Below, piece by piece: positions 41,825 to 51,862 of a stretch of DNA of 64,000 nt. Origin of the DNA: an uncultured bacterium (GTDB lineage Bacteria; Babelota; Babeliae; Babelales; Babelaceae); the NCBI GenBank assembly GCA_963819815.1, contig CAWFXL010000001.1, positions 1,184,001-1,248,000 of the forward strand. The letters are read 5' to 3'. A model generated the notes under the pieces. It made no database searches. It was not told where the DNA came from and was given only the letters and a program-made list of their open reading frames with translations. A program made the translations under genes and the position numbers. Within the stretch, counting starts at the first letter, position 1, and each line of letters begins with the position of its first letter.

Positions 41825-44608
41825 ATGATACCGAAAATTTCCCTGTTAAGTGTATTCTGTATTGCTACCTCATTGAGTGCACATCTTGTCCAAAAGTTCC
41901 CCTTTCCTTTGGGGACTCATGCTCTCTATAGACCCTTTGGTCAATTGTATGTGGGAGCAGCTACGAGTGTGCCAAATAATGATCTTGCTGTAGCTGTTGC
42001 AGGGAGAACTGATACGGCATTTCGTGGTATTACTCCCGTAAAAGTTACTTTAAACGAGCAGCCTGACAAAACTAATCCTCTTAATGGTGCACGAATAGAT
42101 CATTTAGCTCTCCTTGATAGACGTCCCGTGGTTATTCCACATACTCTGCCGTCATCGCTTTTTCTTATTGATGATCGGCGTAATCCGATAGCAGTATTTC
42201 AATCGGTACCTATTAATAACGCTCTTGGACAGGCAGCTCAATCGATTCTTTTTTTAACGACGACTGCATCTGAAGTTACTACTTCTTTAGAGCCAGGTGC
42301 CTCCTTAGCAGCAATTGCCGCGGTACCTAATGCTAATGGTGGCTTTGATGGCAATGGGTCAGGAATTGCTCTTGCAGCATTTCGCCAAGTTGTTCAGGAC
42401 AAGCAGAAGTTTTTCGCATGGGATGTTGTAGATGCTACCACCGGAGCTTCATCATTTCCTGATGTCATTACTGCTCAGGCGAGTACCGGTAATAAGGCAG
42501 CACCTTTTGGTAAAGATACGCCCCAGGTTTTTATTTCGGTTCCCGTGAGCGTGCTTTCTTCGGCTGTTGATCTTCATTTTGATAGAGAGTTAGGAAGACT
42601 TTATATTGCCACCCAGGTAACAGCAGGCGGTGCTGCCAAAGCGGGTGCACGTGCTATTATTATTGCTTCTTTAGCTAATGGGCACGTACTGTACCAAGCC
42701 ATCGCTCCTGATGCTGTTTTTGATGGGAGTAACCAGATTGTAGGCCAACTTGGAGCAAACAGTAGTACGAGTATTTTTAAGGTCCGTACGATGCAAACAA
42801 GTACGTATGTGCGATATCTTATTGTAGTAGGTGGTAATGGAAATGATCCTGCTCTTGCGCAAACTGTATTTGCGTTGCCTCTTGTTGATAATATTGCATC
42901 TCCAGCTAGCCATGGCACGTTGGCTAACGTGAAAGCTTCTCCCATCACTCTTTTTGGAGAGAGTAAACCGCATAGATTTAGGGCTCGCGTATTTGCAGTA
43001 CCAGCACAAGCACCACAAGATGTATTTACCATGAGCTCATTGCCGGCAACTGTTGGAGGGCAAGCGACGCTGCCTGGACCGATTACCGATATTCAGATAG
43101 CGGGAGAAGCGGTTTTTGTATCCTGTACCCCAAGTGCTACGCGTAATGAGGATCAGCTTGCGCCAGGTATCTTTTTTTCACAGCCAGTTTTTGATCAATT
43201 GGGTCGCATAAGTGGATGGACAGACTGGCAGCGCGTTGCCGATTCTTCTCATGCAATAGCTGGATTTGCCTATGATGCTCTTGCTGGAATCTTTTGGAAG
43301 CTTCCTGAAAATGAGGGAACTTTTACAGAAGTATTTCGTTCCCAGTGGACCGATGGATCTGATGAGCTGAGTCAATTCATTGCGCCTTTTTTTAACAAAG
43401 AAAACGGTGGCGTACAAGGTTTGACCGACTTTCCTTTTACAACAGATGGATTTACTACCACTATAGCAAATCGAATCTCTGTACAATCCTATGTAGGACT
43501 CAAAAAAGTGCTTTTAAGGCAAACGGGTAAGCAACAGGGCCTCTTTGGTCCTTTTGAGAGTTTTAACAATGTCTTTGTCAGCACCGATGGTTCAATGAAC
43601 GGCTTTAGCGGTGCAGCTTCGAACCTGGTTTTTTCTGGTGGAGAACTTAATTCTTTAGGTCCTATTTCCTCATCGGCAGTACTTACTGATGGCATTACCG
43701 GTTGGTTTGTCGTCGCTGGGGTAGGTGGAATAGCAATTCTGACAGATGCGCAAGGCATAGGTTGGGATGCACAAAGGGGTTTAGGTTCTGGCTTTACTGG
43801 TCTTTCATCTCAAGCTTCCTGGAAGCGTATAAGTAAAACACCTTTTGTCCGGAAACTTATTGTGCAAGACGGGCAGCTATTTGCTCTTTCTCAGAATAAG
43901 CTCGAGCGCATTACTATTTCTGCGGAAAGTTTAGTAAACGGAACTCTATCTAAGACAGTTCTTGCCGAGCTTACTGCAGCGCAGAAAAAATCTGAGGCTA
44001 GCTACTCGGATGTATACCTAAAAGGACCATTAGCGCTTTTGGCCACAAGTTTTGGGCTGCTCAGGTCAGGCACAGGAGCGGATGTTAGAGTAGATACGCA
44101 GGTACCGTGGATTGAAGTTCCTCTTAAAGAGTCTGTGGGCTCTTTAACCAGTGCAGGTCCCGTGACGAGGCTCTTTGGTATTACAACCTCAGATCCTACA
44201 GCTCAGGATAATATCTATCTATTGAATGCATACACGGGATTGAACCAAGCTCTTATCTATAGGTTAACCATCACATTAGCACATGGACAGACTACAGACA
44301 GCTCTGTTCTGCTTTTTCCCGATTTTCTGGTTAGAGACACGAACTCATTTTTCACCGATGTTGGTGAGTACCGCAATTATGTAGTAACAGATGGATCTTT
44401 AATAGCTCTATCAAGAAGTTCTTTCGGGAGTAGTCCACCACTTCTTCAATTACTTTCTCCAACCCTTAAGAGTGGGGAAAGTGCGCGTATGAGAGTACCG
44501 TTCGTCATCGTACCTGAAAATGTAGGTACGATAGGTCTCTTGCTTCGCAACTCTGCTTCAGGAGCCTGGATGGTTCCGGGTGATTTTGGTGTACGTGTTC
44601 AACGATAA
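41825..44608 (+). CDS. Large secreted beta-rich (propeller-like) hypothetical protein
   Basis: Probable start MIPKISLLSVFCIATSLSA (signal peptide); beta-strand-rich with G.W/LY.A-type repeats. Confidence 0.6.
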   Translation: MIPKISLLSVFCIATSLSAHLVQKFPFPLGTHALYRPFGQLYVGAATSVPNNDLAVAVAGRTDTAFRGITPVKVTLNEQPDKTNPLNGARIDHLALLDRRPVVIPHTLPSSLFLIDDRRNPIAVFQSVPINNALGQAAQSILFLTTTASEVTTSLEPGASLAAIAAVPNANGGFDGNGSGIALAAFRQVVQDKQKFFAWDVVDATTGASSFPDVITAQASTGNKAAPFGKDTPQVFISVPVSVLSSAVDLHFDRELGRLYIATQVTAGGAAKAGARAIIIASLANGHVLYQAIAPDAVFDGSNQIVGQLGANSSTSIFKVRTMQTSTYVRYLIVVGGNGNDPALAQTVFALPLVDNIASPASHGTLANVKASPITLFGESKPHRFRARVFAVPAQAPQDVFTMSSLPATVGGQATLPGPITDIQIAGEAVFVSCTPSATRNEDQLAPGIFFSQPVFDQLGRISGWTDWQRVADSSHAIAGFAYDALAGIFWKLPENEGTFTEVFRSQWTDGSDELSQFIAPFFNKENGGVQGLTDFPFTTDGFTTTIANRISVQSYVGLKKVLLRQTGKQQGLFGPFESFNNVFVSTDGSMNGFSGAASNLVFSGGELNSLGPISSSAVLTDGITGWFVVAGVGGIAILTDAQGIGWDAQRGLGSGFTGLSSQASWKRISKTPFVRKLIVQDGQLFALSQNKLERITISAESLVNGTLSKTVLAELTAAQKKSEASYSDVYLKGPLALLATSFGLLRSGTGADVRVDTQVPWIEVPLKESVGSLTSAGPVTRLFGITTSDPTAQDNIYLLNAYTGLNQALIYRLTITLAHGQTTDSSVLLFPDFLVRDTNSFFTDVGEYRNYVVTDGSLIALSRSSFGSSPPLLQLLSPTLKSGESARMRVPFVIVPENVGTIGLLLRNSASGAWMVPGDFGVRVQR

Positions 44609-44620
44609 AGGTGTAACTCC

Positions 44621-45886
44621 ATGAATCTACGTTATCTTATAGGGTTTCTAGTAAGTGTCTCGGCCTGCAGTGCTATGCCACGCATAAATTTATTTAGACC
44701 AAGTGATCGTCCCTTAATGCCCGAACCGGTTGGTTCAAGTCAGCTGAGCATTGGGTATGAGGGAGCATTTCATATTCGTGCATTTCGTGATACTGAAGAG
44801 TATGGAATGCAGATTGATTTAGATAAGATCTGTTCCCATGATAAAAAGACCTGTCTTTTTGGTCTCTTTCAGAATACCCAGAATGCTCTCGCGGCTCTCA
44901 AGGGAACCGATTCTGACACCGCATCTGGAAGTCTTGCTCAGCAGTTTAACATTGATGATGAAGCTCGCAGAAATGGACGATTTCGGCCTACAGGGTCCCT
45001 ACATATACCATTAAACCTTTTGATTGCTCAAAGATTTTATTTTAATCATGGACTCACGTTAGGGTTCTATGTGCCAGTTATCCATGCTGAGCTGAAGGAT
45101 GTTGTATGGCATGCTGTTGAACAGCCGGCGACGAGTGAGCAGATCCTCGGGCAAGATCTGGTTAAAGAAGTTGAGAGGATCGGCGGGCTTAATCTTGGAG
45201 GATGGAAACGCACAGGTGTCGGAGATTTGGTTGTTCAGGTTGACTGGATGCGCGATTTTCCCCAATGCAGATCATTGCTTACTCACGTGAGAACGATAGC
45301 GCGTTTAGGATGTATCGTCCCTACAGGAAAGCGTATGGATGAAGATCGGTTACTTGCATTTCCTTTTGGCAGTGATGGTGCCTGGGGTCTTCAGTTTGCT
45401 GGAGGTATTGACCTGAACTTTGGGTATACCTTACGAGGTGGTGTTGACGTTCAATTCGAATACCTATTTGGAAACACACGATGTCGCCGAGTTAAAACAG
45501 CTCCAGGTCAAACGGATTTTATGTTAGCACAGAACGCACCTATATACCGCGAGTTTGGTCTTGGGCAGCAATACAATATTTATCTTGAATCATGTAATTT
45601 TTGGTGCAATACCTCATTGAAGCTTAACTATCAACTTTTGAAGCAGAATGATGACCGAATCGACCTCGGCAGCGACCGGATCGACTCACGGTTAGCAAAC
45701 TCTGCAGAAAATCTTTATGATTGGACCGCCCACAGTCTTATTTTTATGGTAAAGCACGATCTTTGGAAAGACTATGAATGTTCCCGCATATATCCTTCCC
45801 TTCTTGGATGGATCAAATGGGGCTTTAATGGAAAGCGTGCATTACTTGCAAATACTGTTGGTATACAATTTAATGTAGCTTTCTAG
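44621..45886 (+). CDS. Putative outer-membrane beta-barrel protein
   Basis: Signal peptide, amphipathic strands, TGVGDL and PTG motifs, C-terminal GIQFNVAF ending in Phe (BAM-type signal). Confidence 0.65.
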   Translation: MNLRYLIGFLVSVSACSAMPRINLFRPSDRPLMPEPVGSSQLSIGYEGAFHIRAFRDTEEYGMQIDLDKICSHDKKTCLFGLFQNTQNALAALKGTDSDTASGSLAQQFNIDDEARRNGRFRPTGSLHIPLNLLIAQRFYFNHGLTLGFYVPVIHAELKDVVWHAVEQPATSEQILGQDLVKEVERIGGLNLGGWKRTGVGDLVVQVDWMRDFPQCRSLLTHVRTIARLGCIVPTGKRMDEDRLLAFPFGSDGAWGLQFAGGIDLNFGYTLRGGVDVQFEYLFGNTRCRRVKTAPGQTDFMLAQNAPIYREFGLGQQYNIYLESCNFWCNTSLKLNYQLLKQNDDRIDLGSDRIDSRLANSAENLYDWTAHSLIFMVKHDLWKDYECSRIYPSLLGWIKWGFNGKRALLANTVGIQFNVAF

Positions 45887-45895
45887 GGTAACTTG

Positions 45896-48028
45896 TTAGC
45901 GCGTTGCTTCTCGTAATCCTGGAAAGAGCGTGTACAGTTCCCCATGTGCAAGGGCATTAGTAATCTTTGATGAAGTTCCCCATGATTTTTTTATAGGTAG
46001 ATACCAGGTAGTACCCTGTGAGTCTGAAAAATAGATACTGATGAACGCTTCATGTTTGATTGCTTCAGTAGTCGGAACGTTTCTTGTTATGATGACGTCG
46101 TGAAGAACGGTCTGGGAGCTTTCTCGACCTCGTATAAGTGGCTTAACAAACTCTAAGGGCAGAAAAAAGGGTGGAGGGTTCTCTCTTTTGCAGGTCAGTT
46201 TTTTAATCCAGAAGACTTTTGGAGTACTGAGTGTGGGAAGCCCAAGAAAACTCATGGCAAGTTGGCCAAGCGATTGCGTACCGGCTTCAAGGAAGTCTAT
46301 TACATGGTAGGCAGGCCCTTCGAGTAACGATACGAAGCTTGGTATCTGCTCAGCAAGAGTCAGTTGTCCATAGCGGGGTTGTGTTAAGAGAGCAACATCG
46401 ACCGAAGTTCCTAGTGCTTTCGATGAAGCAGGAGATACAGAGTCTCCTTTACGTACAACAGTAAACGATGTACTACCTGCTGGGCGCTCTAGAGCAATAT
46501 TTTCAAGACTGTCAGGTACCATTTTACCCTGCTCTGTATAGGGGTGTAGGCAATGAATTAACGTAAATGCATCACGCTTTGGATCACGAGCTTTCATAAA
46601 AAACTCGTCAAAATGAATGGAGGTAAGAGGAGCTAATCTTTTGTTCTTAAGATCGATGGAATCATGGTTGATCCCTTCAATAATTGTTTTTGATGAAGTA
46701 CGACTACTGCGATAAGGAGGAAGCAAAAGCATAGGGGTCGTTTGAAAGGAGACCGTATCACTTAATGAGCCCGCAATACAGTCATACTTTAAGATCTTAG
46801 TATTCCCTTGGTAAGGTGATATTAGATGCTCGCCTCCACCGTAGCAGCTTGTATAGAGAAGAAGTGAGGTTTCAACCTCCAGCTGTAAAAATAGAAGTAC
46901 CTTCTTGAATTCATCTACGGTGAGTGAGCAGATAATCTTCTCATAGCTTTTTGGTAACTGAGCAAGCTTGAGTTCTGTTTTTGTGAGTTCCTCTTGCATA
47001 AGTCGGTGACGTTGAGATACGGTTCTTTTTTCTTCAGGCCGTTGAGGAATGGTGAGTTGCTCTGCGTAGAAGTTCTTAAGAAGGGTAAGATGCTCGATTT
47101 TTCTCCGCTCTGGATAGGAAGGGAGCCCATGCCCCGTAAAATAAATCGCCCAAACGTGAGTGCCCCCTTCTTTTTTAGTTACAAAAATGTTTCTAAAGCT
47201 TTCAACGAGCTGCATTCCATGGGTTATGGGGGTAGGATGAAGTAGCCGCTTGGTATCAATAACATCTTTAAGATGGTTAACTTTTAGGCCAAGCTGTTTC
47301 TCTAAGGGAGTTATAGGAGTTCCAGCATTATAGGTAACGATGTCTGGTGTATTTAAGCGGGGTAATAAAAGGATAAGCTCTTCCGATACTTCTTTTATAA
47401 CGTAGTTTTCTAAGGTGAGAGGTGCGTAGTAACAGAGGGCGTAGGCTTGGAGCTCTTTATGTAAGGTATCTTTTAGTGAGCGTTTTTCTCCACTATACAC
47501 CTGAAGAGTTCTTGGTGCAGATGCTTCTAAGCATGAATGCTTAGCCGCAAGAGTTCTCATTGCCGTGTGTGTATCAGATTGTTGTTTGGAGAGTTCAGTC
47601 AATTCTTTGTGTATCTCGGCATACATTTTTTGAGCGTAGAGACAGTGCTGTTTAAACAAGGAGAGTGAGGGTGCCTGGGTGACGGACTGACGATCATAGA
47701 GGCGCGATAGTTGGGTAAGATCCTTGGTAAGAAAGTCTTCAAATATCTGTTTTCGAGTAAGAAGTGAAAATAGAAGAGACCTGCTCACGAGGATAGGGGC
47801 AACTTTTTGGTATAAAGCAGGAATAAGGGTACTTGTCATAGCTCCAAGCTTGGCGAGGCCCTCAATAACATGGCCTTGGCTTGATCTTTCTGAGCTCCCG
47901 GTTCTAAGGAGCTCTTCTGATTGTCCGTAATCCAAAATAATGATGAGATCATCTGTGGGCTTTTGTGGGATGCCAAAAAGCGTTGTTGTAAAGCCAATAA
48001 GAGCGCCAATAAGAAGTATTTTTTTCAT
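45896..48028 (-). CDS. Secreted protein with putative clan CD (caspase-like) His-Cys dyad
   Basis: Signal peptide; WAIYFTGHG (H300) and LLLYTSCYGGG (C395). Confidence 0.55.
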   Translation of the reverse strand: MKKILLIGALIGFTTTLFGIPQKPTDDLIIILDYGQSEELLRTGSSERSSQGHVIEGLAKLGAMTSTLIPALYQKVAPILVSRSLLFSLLTRKQIFEDFLTKDLTQLSRLYDRQSVTQAPSLSLFKQHCLYAQKMYAEIHKELTELSKQQSDTHTAMRTLAAKHSCLEASAPRTLQVYSGEKRSLKDTLHKELQAYALCYYAPLTLENYVIKEVSEELILLLPRLNTPDIVTYNAGTPITPLEKQLGLKVNHLKDVIDTKRLLHPTPITHGMQLVESFRNIFVTKKEGGTHVWAIYFTGHGLPSYPERRKIEHLTLLKNFYAEQLTIPQRPEEKRTVSQRHRLMQEELTKTELKLAQLPKSYEKIICSLTVDEFKKVLLFLQLEVETSLLLYTSCYGGGEHLISPYQGNTKILKYDCIAGSLSDTVSFQTTPMLLLPPYRSSRTSSKTIIEGINHDSIDLKNKRLAPLTSIHFDEFFMKARDPKRDAFTLIHCLHPYTEQGKMVPDSLENIALERPAGSTSFTVVRKGDSVSPASSKALGTSVDVALLTQPRYGQLTLAEQIPSFVSLLEGPAYHVIDFLEAGTQSLGQLAMSFLGLPTLSTPKVFWIKKLTCKRENPPPFFLPLEFVKPLIRGRESSQTVLHDVIITRNVPTTEAIKHEAFISIYFSDSQGTTWYLPIKKSWGTSSKITNALAHGELYTLFPGLREATR

Positions 48029-48190
48029 AGTGCCCTATTTTTATTTCATTTTTTATTTCTATATGCATCTATAGAGTAAAGGATTTTTGAGGATTCAGCA
48101 AAAGCCTGCCTTTAAAAAATTATAAGAAATTCTTGCATTTCGGTTCGCTGGTAAGGTAGGGTGATGAGTATGTTAAAAAAGGAAAAAACT

Positions 48191-48301
48191 ATGAAGCTTG
48201 TGTATAAGCTTATCTTCTTTGGGATTCTTATTGCGTGTGATTCAGCCCTTACGTTGCTCGTTGCTCGTTCTGGTTATTCAGGTAAACAAGAGAAAAACTA
48301 A
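48191..48301 (+). CDS. 36-aa peptide with lipobox-like LIAC (tiny lipoprotein or gene remnant)
   Basis: AAGGA RBS; MKLVYKLIFFGILIACDS... Confidence 0.3.
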   Translation: MKLVYKLIFFGILIACDSALTLLVARSGYSGKQEKN

Positions 48302-48435
48302 ACTATTTCAGGAGTTTCTTGTCTGCACGAAAGCAGATAGGATAAATTTCTCTTGATATTTTCATGGCTACTGGTGTATGATTCTACTTAAGGACCAGCA
48401 GTGTGCTAGTCTATGTCTGTAGTGGAGGGTGTAGC

Positions 48436-48789
48436 ATGAAAAATATGCTTATTGTCGGTGGATTTCTTCTACTGATCTTACCTGTATATGGCGCCGATGA
48501 AGAGAAGGTGGTACCTGAAGATCATCGTTCGTCCCTGACTCTTACCGCTGATATTCCTCATAAGAGGAGCTTTTTGGAGAAATGTATCTTGGCAGGCAAA
48601 AGCTTGGGTGCTGTAGCTGCCGGTACTATTTTTGGGACTTTCTGTTATACGATACAAGATGTGGGTAATTCAAAGCCTCAGTTAGTAGATAGATTAAGCA
48701 CGTTGTGTACAGCAGGAGTTGCTTTAGTGTGTGCTGCCAAATTGGGTTCATACAGCATTGAATGTGCAAAAGAATTACTTGAAGAGTGA
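48436..48789 (+). CDS. Small exported/membrane hypothetical protein
   Basis: GGAGG RBS, signal peptide, two hydrophobic segments. Confidence 0.65.
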   Translation: MKNMLIVGGFLLLILPVYGADEEKVVPEDHRSSLTLTADIPHKRSFLEKCILAGKSLGAVAAGTIFGTFCYTIQDVGNSKPQLVDRLSTLCTAGVALVCAAKLGSYSIECAKELLEE

Positions 48790-48796
48790 GTGAGAT

Positions 48797-49381
48797 ATGA
48801 AAAAGAGTATAGGATTACTTTTTTGTATCATTTCATGTTCATCCATCTGGGCTGAAGAGAAAGAAATTGTCCCAGGGTCTTTGAGAAAGACCGTCAAAAC
48901 TGGCATGGCGGCAGCTATCGGTATCTGCTTAGCTTATGAAGGGTATAAGTGGTACACAAGCCCTTCTGAAGAAGTGTCGCAAGAACAAGTATCTGATGGT
49001 CAAAACACTATTAAAGAAAAAAAGCCTATTACTCTGAATGATCGCATCGAATATTTTGGTATTGGTGCCGGGTATAGTTTGCTCACTGTTGCATCAATAC
49101 TTGCAACCTATAAGTGTGCTATGCTTTCGCTTGATAAAATGTATAGGTTTAATGCTGATCCCGTAAAGCAATTGCATAATTTCTATGATAGAATGGGGTA
49201 TCCTAAATCTGGTGATGAATGGGAAGAAGATTTAGCGGAGGAACGTGATAGAAAAAGGGGTTTTTTATTGGGAAGTCCCTTTATAGGCTCATTAGCAATT
49301 GCCATTCCCTATCTAGCCTATTATAGATATAAGTTTCCGCATGCCGCAGTTGAAAACTTAAAAAAAGCATTTCAGAGATAA
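48797..49381 (+). CDS. Exported/membrane hypothetical protein
   Basis: Signal peptide plus three hydrophobic segments. Confidence 0.7.
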   Translation: MKKSIGLLFCIISCSSIWAEEKEIVPGSLRKTVKTGMAAAIGICLAYEGYKWYTSPSEEVSQEQVSDGQNTIKEKKPITLNDRIEYFGIGAGYSLLTVASILATYKCAMLSLDKMYRFNADPVKQLHNFYDRMGYPKSGDEWEEDLAEERDRKRGFLLGSPFIGSLAIAIPYLAYYRYKFPHAAVENLKKAFQR

Positions 49382-49391
49382 GGATCTATTC

Positions 49392-51776
49392 ATGAATTCG
49401 CTCATGATGTTGGCTGCATTGGGTGGTCAGCTTTTATCAGAAACTGATCCTCAAAGCTTGCTAGATGCTCAAGCTTTGGTAAAAGATACCCTACAGCAAC
49501 ACATTGCCGATCCTAAGCTCTTTAAGAAGGCCGCTGTTACACTTTTTAAGTTTGGACAATCTGGAAGCTTCGAGCGAGCATGTTGTGATCAACTTATTGA
49601 AGATCTTGTTAAGGCACATTATCTTGATGCTTCCTCTACGCGCGTTCCTTTTTCTGATGGCGTTTCAAGCATGCAATATGGCTATGTGATTGCCTCAGAT
49701 GCGCTGCGCATTTTTAATCTTGGTCATGGCAATTGTCACCAAGTTGGATGGTCAGGGGCTCGAGCCGTTTTTAATGCGGCGGCGCTTCAACAGCAGCTTC
49801 AATCGGGATTGTTGTCAAGTCGAGCTCTTGATGCTACTTGTCATGATATATATACAACAAACCCAGGGATTAAGAGAAGCATAGAGTATAGCATTTTCCG
49901 ATCTAAGGTTAATGCGGTATGTTCTCTGCTAAGACGGGACCAAAGCAAATTAGATGAAGCTTGGGCGCTGTTAAACAAAGATAAACCTGATACTCTTAAA
50001 GTTCTTTGGCATATGCAACCTGATTATTTCATTAGAAGGACAGGCTTAGATTTTTTAAGGTCATATCATGTTACTAATGCAATTTCATTGTTAGGAAAAG
50101 CCTCTCATGTAGCTCTCAGGGAGGTGAGTGCCGAATTAGTTAAAGTTTGTATAGGGATACTTGATGCAGCCTCTCTTGAGAAAATCGATAAGATGCTCCA
50201 CGATATGTATACCGCAATTGGTGTGCAAAGGAATGTCAGCGATCCAGATTTGAAGAGATTCTTTTTATGGAAAGATGATATCAAAAAGTATAGATCTCAG
50301 ATTATATCACTGGTGCTTACCGGTCGACCTTCCTCTGTTGGAAAACAACTAGCAGCCCTTTGTAAGGCAGATCATGTAAAAGTATGTGGTGAAAAGCTAC
50401 GCAGAGAATTGGCACATCTTGACGCGTCCCCATCTCGCTTTAAGTCGAAAATAAGTGATTGCATCCTTCTTGTACATAAAGCCGTCGCTGAAAATATAGT
50501 ACAGGCGCAAGATGCTTGCTGTACTAAAGACGATCGACTGTGTGTTATTAGTGGAACTATTAATGGTTGTGATTGCCCTTGGGCAAAGACTGCGCTTGCT
50601 CTATTTAATTCCCCCGATTGTGAAATCGATGATGTTATTGATCTATTAAAGAAATCGAGCAAGAGGGGCATTCTAGAGGCTCTCAGCATGATAAACGAAA
50701 GTGAGCATGAAAGGATTCAAATGAGTAGTGAGAAACTTAGAAAGGATCTGGAGGCTTGTAGAAGAGAGAACCTTGCGGGGATGTTCAGAGAGTTGGAACC
50801 GCTAACCACCCCCCAGGTACAAAAGGCTAAAAAGAAGTTGCGTGAAAAGCAACGTGATGGTTTACAGCTCGAAACGACTTTGCGTGAAGAGTTACAACTT
50901 TTGCAGGATATTGAACGTGATAGAATGAGTGCTGTATTTGCTAAGCTTGATTTGGAATGCCCTAAAGCAGGACAATCTTGGTATAAAGAGGAGGGGCTTT
51001 TCCTTGAGCCAGCTGAATTGCAGGAGGCTTTAGCGAAGTTTAAAGATCCAGCAATCGATGAAGCGATAAAAGTTCTTGAAGATGCTGTGACTCAGGAGGA
51101 TGCCCTCAAAGCTCTTGATGCAATACGGAGAATAAAAATAGATACCAAAGATGCGCGAGCTCTTTTAGAATCTGATCATACTAACTTTGAATCTTGGAGT
51201 GTAGCGGATGATTGTATTCTAGCAGGTGAAGCAATACAAGGCATTCGTAAGAACCTACCGGAAGAAAACAGGATAGCTAATCCTGAACATCTGCTTAGTC
51301 TTGTTAGGTTGCCAAATTTAGGCCTACCTCGAGAGAATGTTCATATTCTTGGAGATTTCAAGAACGCGGGACAACTGTTATTTGATCCTACTGATGCTAT
51401 CCTTCCACAACAAGCGGATCTGCTTGGTGAAGGTTGCGAGTCTGATGAGCAAAAAAGTGAACGTGTAGCGAATGCGATAAAAAAGCATTTTGAAGAGCAA
51501 TATCTCGATAAAGATAGCGCAGGGGCACATCACTTTATATGCAAAGTTCAGCGCCCCTTTGAACATTGGGTTCTGGTGTCCTTAGTTAAGTTTGCTGGTA
51601 AAAAACCTATATTGGTACTGCGTGAGACACAAAATTGTCCAGTTGAGTCCCATAGCCAATCATTTCTTGTCGGGTCTGATACTGTACTTGCCTTTCTGTA
51701 TAATACATTTATGCGCCAAGAGGGACAAATTCATGGAAGTTCTAGTACTAGTGGCATGAGTGCGAGCAGATTCTAG
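49392..51776 (+). CDS. Papain-fold-like protein with large helical insert, catalytic Cys missing (paralog A)
   Basis: GWSGARAVFNAA in place of WSCGYRSILSAA; HHFICK...HWVLVSLVKF...LRET. Confidence 0.6.
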   Translation: MNSLMMLAALGGQLLSETDPQSLLDAQALVKDTLQQHIADPKLFKKAAVTLFKFGQSGSFERACCDQLIEDLVKAHYLDASSTRVPFSDGVSSMQYGYVIASDALRIFNLGHGNCHQVGWSGARAVFNAAALQQQLQSGLLSSRALDATCHDIYTTNPGIKRSIEYSIFRSKVNAVCSLLRRDQSKLDEAWALLNKDKPDTLKVLWHMQPDYFIRRTGLDFLRSYHVTNAISLLGKASHVALREVSAELVKVCIGILDAASLEKIDKMLHDMYTAIGVQRNVSDPDLKRFFLWKDDIKKYRSQIISLVLTGRPSSVGKQLAALCKADHVKVCGEKLRRELAHLDASPSRFKSKISDCILLVHKAVAENIVQAQDACCTKDDRLCVISGTINGCDCPWAKTALALFNSPDCEIDDVIDLLKKSSKRGILEALSMINESEHERIQMSSEKLRKDLEACRRENLAGMFRELEPLTTPQVQKAKKKLREKQRDGLQLETTLREELQLLQDIERDRMSAVFAKLDLECPKAGQSWYKEEGLFLEPAELQEALAKFKDPAIDEAIKVLEDAVTQEDALKALDAIRRIKIDTKDARALLESDHTNFESWSVADDCILAGEAIQGIRKNLPEENRIANPEHLLSLVRLPNLGLPRENVHILGDFKNAGQLLFDPTDAILPQQADLLGEGCESDEQKSERVANAIKKHFEEQYLDKDSAGAHHFICKVQRPFEHWVLVSLVKFAGKKPILVLRETQNCPVESHSQSFLVGSDTVLAFLYNTFMRQEGQIHGSSSTSGMSASRF

Positions 51777-51779
51777 CGA

Positions 51780-51862
51780 TCGACATTCCCCATGTAGCCT
51801 GCCATACTAGAGATGCCGGTTGAAAACCTCAAAAAAGCGTTTCAGCGATAAGGATCTTATTT
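51780..51862 (+). repeat. Degenerate duplicate of the 3' end of 48797-49381 plus the RBS region
   Basis: gttgaaaacctcaaaaaagcgtttcagcgataaggatct matches gttgaaaacttaaaaaaagcatttcagagataaggatct (about 49349-49387). Confidence 0.8.
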
